Source: an uncultured cyanobacterium
Lineage (GTDB): Bacteria > Cyanobacteriota > Cyanobacteriia > Cyanobacteriales > Microcystaceae
Assembly (NCBI GenBank): GCA_963807635.1
Contig: CAWEDJ010000022.1
Coordinates: 17,877-81,876 of the forward strand
Reading direction: 5' to 3'
Length of the DNA stretch: 64,000 bases
How positions within the stretch are numbered: the stretch's first letter is position 1; each line of letters opens with the position of its first letter. A program made the position numbers and the translations under genes. Below are positions 33,115-42,831 of this stretch, piece by piece. The notes beneath the pieces are model-generated. The model had not been told where the DNA came from. It was given only the letters and a program-made list of their open reading frames with translations, and made no database searches.

Positions 33115-33905
33115 TGAATTCAGTCATTAAAGAAACCGATAATCAGCCGATGTTAGCCGTTAACCAAATCACCCGACGCTTTGGGGGATTAGTGGCAGTG
33201 AATGAAGTGAGTTTTGATGTGCATAATCAGGAAATTTTTGGTTTAATCGGCCCCAATGGGGCGGGAAAAACCACTTTATTTAATTTAATTACAGGATTAA
33301 TTGAACCCTCTAGTGGGCAAATTTTTTCCCAAGATCAATTAATTTCTAATCTTAAACCCCATCAAATCGCGGCGAAAGGGATTGCCAGAACTTTCCAAAA
33401 TATTCGACTTTTTGGAGAATTATCTGCCCTAGAAAATGTGATTGTAGGACGACATTTACATACTAAAAGTAATTTTGTTACAGGAATCTTAGGATTACCC
33501 CAAGCATCCCACGCAGAAAAACAAGCTAAACAAAAAGCACAAGAATTAATTGAATTAGTCGGGTTAGGCGATCGCCTTTTAGAAAAAGCTAAAAATTTAT
33601 CCTACGGCGATCAAAGACGGTTAGAAATTGCTAGAGCTTTGTGCCCAGAGCCTTCCATTTTATTACTAGATGAACCTGCGGCGGGTATGAATCCCAATGA
33701 GAAACAAGTTTTAAGTACCTTTATTCGGGATTTACGAACCCAATTTAACCTGACGATTATTTTAATTGAACATCATGTTCCCCTCGTCATGGGATTATGC
33801 GATCGCATTGCGGTTTTAAATTTTGGTAAATTAATTGCCCTAGGTCAACCTGAAATTGTTAGGAATGATCCTGCCGTTATTGAAGCTTATTTAGGAGTTG
33901 ATTAA
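33111..33905 (+). CDS. livG: Branched-chain amino acid ABC ATPase
   Basis: FGGLVAV, GPNGAGKTT, RTFQNIRLF, LSYGDQRRLEIARAL, VIEAYLG. Confidence 0.9.
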   Translation: MMNSVIKETDNQPMLAVNQITRRFGGLVAVNEVSFDVHNQEIFGLIGPNGAGKTTLFNLITGLIEPSSGQIFSQDQLISNLKPHQIAAKGIARTFQNIRLFGELSALENVIVGRHLHTKSNFVTGILGLPQASHAEKQAKQKAQELIELVGLGDRLLEKAKNLSYGDQRRLEIARALCPEPSILLLDEPAAGMNPNEKQVLSTFIRDLRTQFNLTIILIEHHVPLVMGLCDRIAVLNFGKLIALGQPEIVRNDPAVIEAYLGVD

Positions 33906-34631
33906 TGTTAGTTTCTCCCTCCCATCGTTTGTTAGAAATTACTGATTTATGTGTGAATTATGATGGTATTAAAGGCCTTAGAAAATATTAATTTATACAT
34001 CGAGCAAGGGGAAGTTGTCACCCTCATCGGAGCCAATGGAGCGGGCAAAACCACTACTCTACGGGCCATTTCTCGTCTAATTAATCCCCGTAACGGGCAA
34101 ATTTCCTACAATGGTCGTTTAATTACCTCTCTTTCTGCCTATAAAGTTGTTAAACTGGGTCTAGCCCATTGTCCTGAAGGTCGGCGGATTTTAACCAAAC
34201 AAACGGTTCTCGACAATTTGGAATTAGGAGCCTATGTGCGCTCAGATTTTGCGGGAATTCGCCGAGATATGGATGATCAGTTACAATTATTTCCCCGTTT
34301 GGCCGAACGTCGTCATCAGTTGGCAGGAACCCTGAGCGGCGGAGAACAGCAAATGCTCGCGATCGCCCGTGCTTTGATGAGTCGTCCCCAATTATTGCTT
34401 TTAGATGAACCGAGTTTAGGGCTGGCTCCTGCGATCGTGCGCGAAATTTTTACCATTATCCGTAATTTCCGCGAAACGGGGGTCACGATTTTATTAGTGG
34501 AACAAAATGCTAATCTGGCTCTCGAAATCAGCGATCGCGGTTATGTTTTGGAAGGGGGACGAATCACGCTTAATGGTATTGCGTCAGAATTGTTGCATGA
34601 TGAGGCGGTAAAAAAAGCTTACTTGGGTTAG
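33905..34631 (+). CDS. livF: Branched-chain amino acid ABC ATPase; frameshift ~33970
   Basis: GANGAGKTT, PEGRRI, LSGGEQQMLAIARALM, DEPSLGLAP. Confidence 0.9.
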
Positions 34632-34728
34632 ACAAATTATGCTAATCATTGCCAATATTTTTCTTCTATCAAAATATTAATTCTGCTATACTTTAGCAAT
34701 CATTCTTTTAGTATAAATTTCAATTATT

Positions 34729-35394
34729 ATGTCGCCTTCTACTCCCTATCAACCCATTTTATTAAGAATATTACATAGCGTAAACGCCATACTCGTTTTT
34801 TCGGCTCTTATTACGGGTTTTTTGGTTTATAATACCTACGATAAACGCTGGGGAAGCCTGACTTTACCAAAATTAGAGGCTATTCAAGGTATTCATGGAA
34901 CGATTGCCCTAACATTTTTATTAACACTTCCAGTCTTTGTTTTATACAGTTTTCGTATTGGTTATCGTCGTTTAGTACAAGATCAATCTTTTAGTCATTT
35001 AACGGAAGTTGGTAAGCCAATTTGGTGGGTATCAATCCATCGTATTGCTAATACATTAACTTTGTTGTCTGCAACTTTTGCTGTGATAACGGGGCGTATG
35101 ATGAAAGAAGAATGGCTTCCTGCGGGAGAAATTTCTCACTCATGGTATATTGCCCATTTAGTTGCTTGGCTTTGTGTATTTTTCAGTGTGGCGTTCCATT
35201 TATTATTAGGAATAAAAGTGGGAGGTGTTCCCCTATTAATGTCGATGTTTAATAGGACAAGACGGAGTGAAGATAAGCTATCGAATTGGTTGCAAGATCT
35301 CCGACTTGAGCGGGCTAGTAAATTTCTAAAAATGCTAGAAATTGTTATCATTGGCGGAATTATTTTGGCATTTATTTTGCCAGTTTTTAATTAG
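34729..35394 (+). CDS. Cytochrome b/b6 (Ni_hydr_CYTB)-like membrane protein
   Basis: RILH...IHG...IHR...AH...FH His pattern in TM helices. Confidence 0.75.
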   Translation: MSPSTPYQPILLRILHSVNAILVFSALITGFLVYNTYDKRWGSLTLPKLEAIQGIHGTIALTFLLTLPVFVLYSFRIGYRRLVQDQSFSHLTEVGKPIWWVSIHRIANTLTLLSATFAVITGRMMKEEWLPAGEISHSWYIAHLVAWLCVFFSVAFHLLLGIKVGGVPLLMSMFNRTRRSEDKLSNWLQDLRLERASKFLKMLEIVIIGGIILAFILPVFN

Positions 35395-35596
35395 TTAAAA
35401 TCAAATTTTAGTACCCCCTAAAAAAATTGATAGTTTAAGAAAAGATTTCTGTCAAAGCGAGACAATGATGCTGATTCGTTGACTACACAGTGTAAATAGT
35501 TGACAATTTAGGCGATCGCAACTTTCCCTATTTCTGTCGCGATCGCGCTAATCAACTTTTTCCACAGAAAAGTGATCGCATCTTAAATCATTTAAG

Positions 35597-36175
35597 TTAG
35601 TTCGTTTTAAACTCAATGTCATCATAGACTTCTAACAAGGAAATTTTACAACTAATTGATGTCAGATTTATATAATCTTCTGAGTTATTATATTCGCTAA
35701 AAATCCATTGATTAAAGCCAGATTTTGAGTAGTGTTCAATATGTTGACTATATTGATCAATTAATAAATATTCTTGAAAGCTGGGAATAGTGCGGTAGGC
35801 TGAAAATTTTTCATCTTTATCATAATTCTTGGTAGATTGAGAAAGAACTTCTGCAATAAAAATGGGATTTGTAACTGTATCTTTTCGTCCTATTTGCAAT
35901 TGAATCGGACGTTGGACTATCATCACATCAGGATAAGTATAAAGCTTTTTTTCAGGAATCCACAATCTTTGATCGGCGATAAAAATGCTATAGGGTTTTC
36001 CTTTGAGGTTAATTCTTAGTATGGCGTTAAGAATACTGGCAATTTCATTATGTTCAGGGGTTCCACCTGTCATTGGAATAATTTCTCCGTTAATATATTC
36101 ATGTCTTGTCTCTGAGGAAATTTCGATCGCAAGATATTCTTCGGGGGTATAAGTAATTTTCGTCTGGGCTGGCAT
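35597..36175 (-). CDS. Uma2 (DUF820) restriction-endonuclease-fold protein
   Basis: RHEYINGEIIPMTGG, YTYPDV, AEVLS.ST..YD...KF..YR.IPSFQEYLLIDQ. Confidence 0.93.
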   Translation of the reverse strand: MPAQTKITYTPEEYLAIEISSETRHEYINGEIIPMTGGTPEHNEIASILNAILRINLKGKPYSIFIADQRLWIPEKKLYTYPDVMIVQRPIQLQIGRKDTVTNPIFIAEVLSQSTKNYDKDEKFSAYRTIPSFQEYLLIDQYSQHIEHYSKSGFNQWIFSEYNNSEDYINLTSISCKISLLEVYDDIEFKTN

Positions 36176-36246
36176 AATCATCAGTTTATACCTTTTTTTT
36201 ATAAGGGAAGGTTGCTTTTATTATAGTGAAGATAAGCGCGATCGCT

Positions 36247-36280
36247 TTCAGGGGTAAAGTAAAGTTTAATCAATTGTTCA
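36247..36280 (+). repeat. 34-bp direct repeat, left of higBA
   Basis: TTCAGGGGTAAAGTAAAGTTTAATCAATTGTTCA; 32/34 identical to 37011-37044. Confidence 0.9.
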
Positions 36281-36406
36281 CTTTTTAACGAGTTTGGTTA
36301 ATGTATTCAGTATTTTACCTTGCAGTTCAGCATTATTACTCCCTAATTCTAGAATAGATCACGCTCAATGCTTGACGTATTACGCAAAACAGAATAGTCT
36401 TTAAAC

Positions 36407-36685
36407 ATGATTCAATCTTTCCGATGTAAACAGACTCGTTCGTTATTTGAAGGTGGTGATCCTCTTCGATTTCGAGCTTTTAAAGAGACTGCTATTCGGA
36501 AGTTGACTCAGTTAGAGGCAGCCCAAACTTTAGAATTTCTTCGTTCTCCACCAGGCAATCAACTAGAGGGTTTGAAAGGCGATCGCAGAGGTCAATACAG
36601 TATTCGTATTAATAGTCAGTTTCGGTTATGTTTTATTTGGACGGAGAATGGCCCGACTGATGTTGAAATTATTGATTATCACTAA
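36407..36685 (+). CDS. higB: HigB/RelE-family toxin
   Basis: MIQSFRCKQT, LRSPPGNQLEGLKGDRRGQYSIRINSQFRLCF, VEIIDYH. Confidence 0.93.
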   Translation: MIQSFRCKQTRSLFEGGDPLRFRAFKETAIRKLTQLEAAQTLEFLRSPPGNQLEGLKGDRRGQYSIRINSQFRLCFIWTENGPTDVEIIDYH

Positions 36686-36694
36686 TAATTTGTT

Positions 36695-37008
36695 ATGACA
36701 GAACGACCGATCAATCAAATGCGTCCCGTTCACCCAGGGAAATTCTGCGTGAGGATTTTCTTGTGCCGCTTAAGATGAGTGTTAATGCTTTAGCGTTGGC
36801 TTTAAATGTTCCTGTGAGCCGAATTCACGAAATTGTTAAGGAACGTCGTTCAATTACAGCAGATACGGCAGAAAGATTGGCTCGCTATTTTGGTGGAGAT
36901 GCGGTTTCTTGGCTTAATTTGCAAGCGATGTATGACCTAAAAACTTTATCGACTCGTGATGAGATTAATCAACGGGTTCAGCCTCGTAATACGGAGCAAG
37001 TTGCTTAA
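36695..37008 (+). CDS. higA: HigA HTH antitoxin; frameshift ~36738
   Basis: MRPVHPG(E)ILREDFL, RIHEIVKERRSITADTAERLARYFG, WLNLQAMYDL. Confidence 0.9.
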
Positions 37009-37010
37009 GA

Positions 37011-37044
37011 TTCAGGGGCAAAGTAAGGTTTAATCAATTGTTCA
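37011..37044 (+). repeat. 34-bp direct repeat, right of higBA
   Basis: TTCAGGGGCAAAGTAAGGTTTAATCAATTGTTCA, 2 bp after the higA stop. Confidence 0.9.
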
Positions 37045-37112
37045 TTGAGCCGCAGAAAAAAATCGAAATTTATGTTTGTCGCGATCGCATTTTTTAAATT
37101 CCGTTATCCCAA

Positions 37113-37826
37113 CTAACTGCGATCGCCTGATATCTCTAACTGGCTAAAGTAACCTATTAACGCAACTTTTGACATTTTTGCGTAACCTGCTACACCTCTT
37201 TCTTTGGCGATCTTTCTAAGTTCTGTTACTTTTAAGGCTTTCAACTCATCAATTGGAGGTAATGGTGGTGGTGGGGGAGGTGGTAAAGGAGTTAAATAAA
37301 AAGCTGTTTTAAAAGTATCTAATTTTTTGCCTTTTGTAATTCCACATTTTAAACTAATTACAGGATCAAAATTGTTCCAATACTCCCTAGAAGCTTGTTC
37401 TAACTTCTCTGTAGCGGATAATAAACTAACCGTTTTTAACGGGCTACCTGGTTGACTAATTAAATATTTCAGAGTCGCTTTAATTTCATCTCTTGAAGCA
37501 TTAGATAAATTAACTTTAGGGATTATTTCTTTCGCTAAGACTTTAATTGTTTCTTCTGCTTCGGGAGTCGGTTCGATGACAATGCACCAAACTTTTTCAA
37601 GCCCTGCGGCTTCAGCAACGGTATGAATAAAATTGCTTCCAACAACTTGATATTGATCTAATCCAATTTCTTTAACCATTAAAGGAATCCAGTTTCGCCC
37701 GCCATTTTTAGCTAAAATTTTAGCGGTCGCATTAACCAGAAATTCGGATTCATGACTATCTTCATTAGGGACAATATTTTCAAGATAAAAATATTTTAAT
37801 TTTCCGATATCACTAAAATCACTCAT
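37113..37826 (-). CDS. ParB/Srx-like N-terminal domain + HhH-like + poly-Pro linker + Rho_N-like DNA-binding domain
   Basis: NWIPLMVKE..DQYQVVG...AAGLEKVWCIV; KVNLSNASRDEI; LKVTELRKIAKERGVAGYAKMSK. Confidence 0.7.
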   Translation of the reverse strand: MSDFSDIGKLKYFYLENIVPNEDSHESEFLVNATAKILAKNGGRNWIPLMVKEIGLDQYQVVGSNFIHTVAEAAGLEKVWCIVIEPTPEAEETIKVLAKEIIPKVNLSNASRDEIKATLKYLISQPGSPLKTVSLLSATEKLEQASREYWNNFDPVISLKCGITKGKKLDTFKTAFYLTPLPPPPPPPLPPIDELKALKVTELRKIAKERGVAGYAKMSKVALIGYFSQLEISGDRS

Positions 37827-39253
37827 GATATAAAATATTCCTCAGCTAATTGTTTGTAATATTCAAAGGCTGTTTTGTGGGCATAAGTTGCGGGTTTTTG
37901 AGAGAATGCGTAATTGGCAATTATTTCATACTCTGGCAAGCAGAAAATCTCCTGTTCAATACTCCTGGTTTGATTTTAGGAAAAAAATATGGCTCAAGAT
38001 TTATCTTTGATCTATATCGATGTAAAATTTTTTGAATTTCTTGTTGTATTTTTTCTTTTTTAACATCATTCATTTTTCCTCCGTTGAAAAAAATAGGAAG
38101 AGCAACTGCGACAAAATCATAAATTTCATTATTTGTTTGACGTGCTTTTTGGACTTCAGGAATAAAATCGGCGATCCCAATAGCAGCATTTTCTAGGGAA
38201 TAAATATTGTTATGTTTAGTTGGAATCAAAACAACATCGGCCGCATAGACCGCACTTTCGCTAAAAAAGTTCCAGTTGGGTGGTGTGTCAATGAGAATAT
38301 AGTCATAATCATTTTTTAAAGAAATTAATAAGTTATTCATACTTCTAGGACTAAATTTAGCACTCAAACTTGAAATACTTTGAAAACCTGGACTTGCGGG
38401 AATAATATCAAAGCCCCTAATTTCTTTTTTTCTTTTAATAATAATTTCGGTCTTATATTTACCAATAGCATTAGTTATCGGTATAGTTTTTGGATTATCT
38501 AAAGCATCATATAAAGTACTTTGGGGCTTAGTACTATGGATACCGTTTATTTGTATCGAATGAGTGAGATCCATTTGATGAGGATCAAAATCAATCACTA
38601 AAACTTTCTTACGAGCAAGGGATAAGACACTAGCTAAATTAACAGTTGTTGTCGTTTCAACACCACCTTTATTATTGTAAACTGCTATGGTTAAAGCTTT
38701 AGGATGATTATTAATCCAATGCTTGACTTGATCAGCAATTTTTATGACATTATCTGGATTTTATTTCTATACAGGGCATAACAGGATGAATGGCTTTTCC
38801 ATGTTTCCTAAATACCTGTATATGATTGCCATTGGTGATAATGCCCCATTTCACACTTGTACAACAATGAGGATCTTTAAAATACCCTGTAAGTTGTCGA
38901 ACTGTTGATTTATAGAGAGCGGTTCCATAGGATAAGTTAAGAAAACCTGCATCGGTTGCTCTACCTTTTGCTTCTACAATAATTTCAGGTAAACTGCTTT
39001 TGGGAGATGTAGTTGCTATCGATACAAATGATAGTGAATCACTGGGGTTACTTTTCCGAAGTGCGTAATCAACTGTTCTAGGAGTAGGTGTACTGTTTGT
39101 AGGAAAGCCTAAAATTATATCTGTGAGGGGGTTAAATCCCAAATATTCCAAAAAATGTGTGATAAAGTTAGCACAAACAGTTTGCTCTTTTGCATCAATC
39201 GGCAATTGTTCTAATAATTGAGCAAGATCAGAAGTTGTATGAGGTGAAGACAT
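37823..39253 (-). CDS. HsdR_N-like restriction-endonuclease domain fused to a ParA/Soj ATPase; frameshifts ~38760 and ~37945
   Basis: EQTV...FLEYLGF, VDYAL, IVEAKG, WGIITNG; then IAVYNNKGGV-E-TTTTVNLA, VLVIDFDP.Q, YDYILIDTPP; ends YKQLAEEYFIS* overlapping the next ATG. Confidence 0.8.
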
Positions 39254-39380
39254 ATTTTCATCAAATTGAAACACAAATATTCTAAATGATAGGCAAGTAT
39301 TTTGCAAGATTGATTAAATTATCGTAACAAAGCGCGATCGCCGATTTCATTATTGATTTTGCACAGGGTTAGTCACTATT

Positions 39381-40154
39381 TCAAGAAAAAAGATCACTAA
39401 AAGCGCGATCGCCTTCAGGAAACTCAAAATTAGCCGTCACATTTTGCACATCATCCAAAGACTCCAACGCATCCATTAACTTGAGTAACATTTTTGCCTG
39501 ATCAATATCATTTACTTCTATCGTATTTTCAGGAATCCAACAAATATCAACCTCCTCAATCTTAAAATTATGAGCCTTGAGAGTTTGGCTCAAAACTTCT
39601 AAATTAGCCACTTCCGTATAAACTTCCGCCCCTCCCCCTTCAGCTTCCTCTAACCATTCATAGGTATCCGCTCCCCCTTCCACCGAAGCTTCCAACAGCA
39701 GATCTTCCGAAATATCCCCTCCTAAACGAATCACCCCTTTTTCCACAAACATCCAACTCACACAGCCCGTTTCCCCTAAATTTCCCTTATTTTTACTAAA
39801 CGCAGACCGTAAATCCGCCGCCGTGCGATTGCGATTATCCGTCAACGCCTCAATCAAGACCGCAACACCCCCCACACCATAACCCTCATACCGCACCGCC
39901 TGGAGAGCCGCGCCCCCATCCCCGTAGGTTCCCGCACCTTTCGCGATCGCCCGTTCAATATTTTCATTAGGAATATCTGCCGCCTTGGCTTTTTCAATAG
40001 CTGTCCGTAGCTGAAAATTTCCTGCGGGATCGGCGACCCCACTACTCGCCGCCACAATAATCGCACGGGACAATTGAGCAAAGGTTTTTCCTTTTTTAGC
40101 ATCAACACGAGCCTTTTGTCGTTTGATATTCGCCCATTTACTATGACCTGCCAT
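39381..40154 (-). CDS. yebC: YebC/PmpR family protein
   Basis: MAGHSKWANIKRQK, YEGYG.GG, TDNRNRT, LDDVQNV. Confidence 0.95.
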   Translation of the reverse strand: MAGHSKWANIKRQKARVDAKKGKTFAQLSRAIIVAASSGVADPAGNFQLRTAIEKAKAADIPNENIERAIAKGAGTYGDGGAALQAVRYEGYGVGGVAVLIEALTDNRNRTAADLRSAFSKNKGNLGETGCVSWMFVEKGVIRLGGDISEDLLLEASVEGGADTYEWLEEAEGGGAEVYTEVANLEVLSQTLKAHNFKIEEVDICWIPENTIEVNDIDQAKMLLKLMDALESLDDVQNVTANFEFPEGDRAFSDLFS

Positions 40155-40406
40155 TGGCTAAAATTGGTATTGAAATTTACAAATATAGCTTACTACGAAA
40201 GGATTAATTATACAGAATTACATTCAATTGTAACGATTCTTAAATTTAACTATACAAAAATCGACGAGGCAATGTATCATCGTGAAACATAATTTACTAT
40301 GAACTTTAAATATCGTATTTTTATATCTTTAATCCCCCAACACATCAAAGATGGAAGCCTTATTTTGAGTACATTAACCGCGATCAAACCCCAAGAAACC
40401 AGTTCG

Positions 40407-40601
40407 ATGAAATTAGGGCAAATTTTGCTCAGAAAAAATATCATCGCTCCTCAACAACTAGAAGAAGCGATTCAGGAACAAAATATCTATCCTCTCAAGC
40501 TGGGTGAAATCTTAATTCAGAAAGGCTGGCTGGCTCCCCAGGCATTGCAAGAAGCTCTTCAAGAACAAAATTGGCGAAAAAAAGGGTTCTGGATTATTTA
40601 G
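40407..40601 (+). CDS. Stand-alone MshEN/T2SSE_N-like small protein (possible upstream start at 40299)
   Basis: Two tandem (K)LGxxLxxxxx(I/L)xxxxLxxAxxxQ motifs. Confidence 0.75.
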   Translation: MKLGQILLRKNIIAPQQLEEAIQEQNIYPLKLGEILIQKGWLAPQALQEALQEQNWRKKGFWII

Positions 40602-40798
40602 CTCATCATTAATTGAAGATCAAGATAAAAGCTATTTTTTTCCCTACTTTCTTGCCCCATAGAAGAGGTGAGGAGTTACTGTGCTAATTTTTGCTGAGAA
40701 GGATAGGCATTCTTTAAAGCCCTGTTCGCTTTTTTATTGTCGAAGGAAACTGTTACTCTAGTATTTAGGTCTTCCAGATTACTGACAATATTTTTCTC

Positions 40799-41143
40799 AT
40801 GACTAAACCGAGCTTGGAAATCAGCGTTCAAGAATTAGCTCTCCGCTTGTCCGACAGGAAACCCGATCTACAACTGATTGATGTCCGTGAACCCCATGAG
40901 GTCGCGATCGCCCATTTAGAGGGATTTGATGTTCTTCCCCTGAGTGATTTTGCCAATTGGTCAGAAACTATCCAGTCTCGTTATCAATCGGATCTAGAAA
41001 CTCTGGTGATTTGCCATCACGGAATGCGATCGGATAGGATGTGCCAATGGTTACGGAATATCGGTTTTAGCAATGTTAAAAATATAGTAGGTGGTATAGA
41101 TGCCTATTCGCTTTTTGTTGATCCGAAAGTTTCACGCTACTAA
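40799..41143 (+). CDS. Rhodanese-like sulfurtransferase
   Basis: LIDVREPHE, CHHGMRS, GGIDAYS. Confidence 0.92.
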   Translation: MTKPSLEISVQELALRLSDRKPDLQLIDVREPHEVAIAHLEGFDVLPLSDFANWSETIQSRYQSDLETLVICHHGMRSDRMCQWLRNIGFSNVKNIVGGIDAYSLFVDPKVSRY

Positions 41144-41196
41144 ATGCGAATCATCGTTATTGTTAGAAGATTGTTAGAAGTTATTTTGATTCAACC

Positions 41197-42273
41197 ATGC
41201 TAAATAAAACCCATTTGACCGAGCGTTATCAAAATATTCTTCGTGCCACCATTCAACACTATATTGCGACGGCTGAACCCGTTGGCTCCAAAACCCTTTT
41301 AGAAGAATATAAATTTAGGATTAGTTCTGCTACGATTCGGAATGCTTTGGGAAGTTTAGAAAAAGCAGGTTTACTCTATCAACCCCACATTTCGGCTGGG
41401 CGCATTCCCTCGGATTCGGGTTATCGCATTTATGTCGATCAGCTATTAACATTTAATGCGAATAAAAAAGAAAAAATTGATCAATCCCTACAGCAACAAT
41501 TGACTTCCCAAGGCTGGAGTTTAGAAACCCTTTTACAACGGGCAACCCAAATTCTAGCGAGTCTGAGCGGTTATATTGCCCTCATTACCTTTCCCCAAAC
41601 TACGACCATTCAACTGCGTCATTTGCAACTGGTTCAGGTTTCCCCAGGGCAGGTCATGATTATTATTGTGACGGATGCCTATCAAACCCATTCTATTTTA
41701 ATGGATTTACCCCAAAATTCAGAATTAGAAACCCCTATTTCTCCTGAAGATTTTGAAGAAGAATTACAGATTTTATCCAATTTTTTAAATAGTCAACTTA
41801 AAGGTAAAAACCTATCAGAATTATCTACCTTAAATTGGCAGGAAATGGATCAAAAGTTCACTTCCTATACGGATTTTCTGAAAATTTTATTAAAAAAACT
41901 AGAGCCATTCTTACAATCCTCTGCACCAATGGTAATTCATGGCGTTTCTGAGGTCATTCGTCAACCTGAATTTTCCCAATTAGAACAGGTACAAATGTTA
42001 CTGCGTTTATTGGAACAGGAGCAAGATCAACTTTTTCCCCTTATTTTTGAATTGCCCGATCGCGACCATCTAGCAAAATCCGTCAGTATTCGCATTGGGG
42101 CAGAAAATCCCTTGGAATCGATGCGTCCCTGTACCCTAGTTTCAGCGTTATACCATCAGGGTGATGTTCCCGTCGGTAGTGTGGGGATTATTGGCCCGAC
42201 TCGGATGCTCTATGAACAAACCATTCCTCTGGTGGAATCCACCGCTAATTATCTATCAGAAGCCCTGAGTTAG
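41197..42273 (+). CDS. hrcA: Heat-inducible transcription repressor
   Basis: YIATAEPVGSK, SSATIRN, QPHISAGRIPS, VGIIGPTRMLY. Confidence 0.96.
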   Translation: MLNKTHLTERYQNILRATIQHYIATAEPVGSKTLLEEYKFRISSATIRNALGSLEKAGLLYQPHISAGRIPSDSGYRIYVDQLLTFNANKKEKIDQSLQQQLTSQGWSLETLLQRATQILASLSGYIALITFPQTTTIQLRHLQLVQVSPGQVMIIIVTDAYQTHSILMDLPQNSELETPISPEDFEEELQILSNFLNSQLKGKNLSELSTLNWQEMDQKFTSYTDFLKILLKKLEPFLQSSAPMVIHGVSEVIRQPEFSQLEQVQMLLRLLEQEQDQLFPLIFELPDRDHLAKSVSIRIGAENPLESMRPCTLVSALYHQGDVPVGSVGIIGPTRMLYEQTIPLVESTANYLSEALS

Positions 42274-42306
42274 GCGATCACAGATTAACCTTTTGTACTC
42301 AAAATT

Positions 42307-42519
42307 ATGGAAATTCAACTTCAGCAATTCCAAACTCAATCTCTCCAACTCATTGAACAATTAAAGCAGACAGGCGAAGAAATCACCCTGACAGAAAATG
42401 GAAAAGCGATCGCCAAAGTTGTCCCGATCCTCTCCCAAAAAACAAGTTCATTTATTGGCTATATGCAAGGTAGTATTGTCGTTCATGGTGACATTATTGA
42501 ACCAGTTGGTGACAGATGA
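42307..42519 (+). CDS. vapB: Phd/YefM antitoxin (VapB); probable TGG>TGA shortens it by a few residues
   Basis: TGEEITLTENGKAIAKVVP, GYMQGSI..GDIIEP. Confidence 0.8.
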   Translation: MEIQLQQFQTQSLQLIEQLKQTGEEITLTENGKAIAKVVPILSQKTSSFIGYMQGSIVVHGDIIEPVGDR

Positions 42520-42533
42520 GAAGTGAGCGAATC

Positions 42534-42679
42534 ATGAGCCAAAAGCTGCTTTTATTAGATACTCATATCTGGATTTGGGCTGTTAATAAAGAGGTCGATA
42601 AATTATCCGTTACGCTTTAAATACTATTGCTCAAGCTGAATTTAGCCAAAACTTAGCAATCTCTGCTATTTCTGTTTGG
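42534..42679 (+). pseudogene. vapC: VapC PIN toxin, 5' half
   Basis: MSQKLLLLDTHIWIW...LAISAISVW, cut off by a MITE. Confidence 0.85.
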
Positions 42680-42769
42680 GGTAATGTTTTAGACCTGTGA
42701 ATCGTGTTTCTGAAAGGCAGTCAGCCCATTCATTGTGACGTGTCTTATCTACAGATTCAGGACATTATC
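42680..42769 (+). mobile_element. 90-bp IS1-type MITE, copy 1
   Basis: GGTAATGT...ACATTATC ends; preceded by 9-bp TCTGTTTGG; inverted copy at 51535-51624. Confidence 0.88.
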
Positions 42770-42831
42770 AAGGCAGATTTGGGACTGAGGGATAGGATAA
42801 TCCGCGATTGCCCTCTATTCAATTACTAGCA

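Noticed and set aside
41143..41197. CIRCE element upstream of hrcA
   Set aside because: No TTAGCACTC-N9-GAGTGCTAA present
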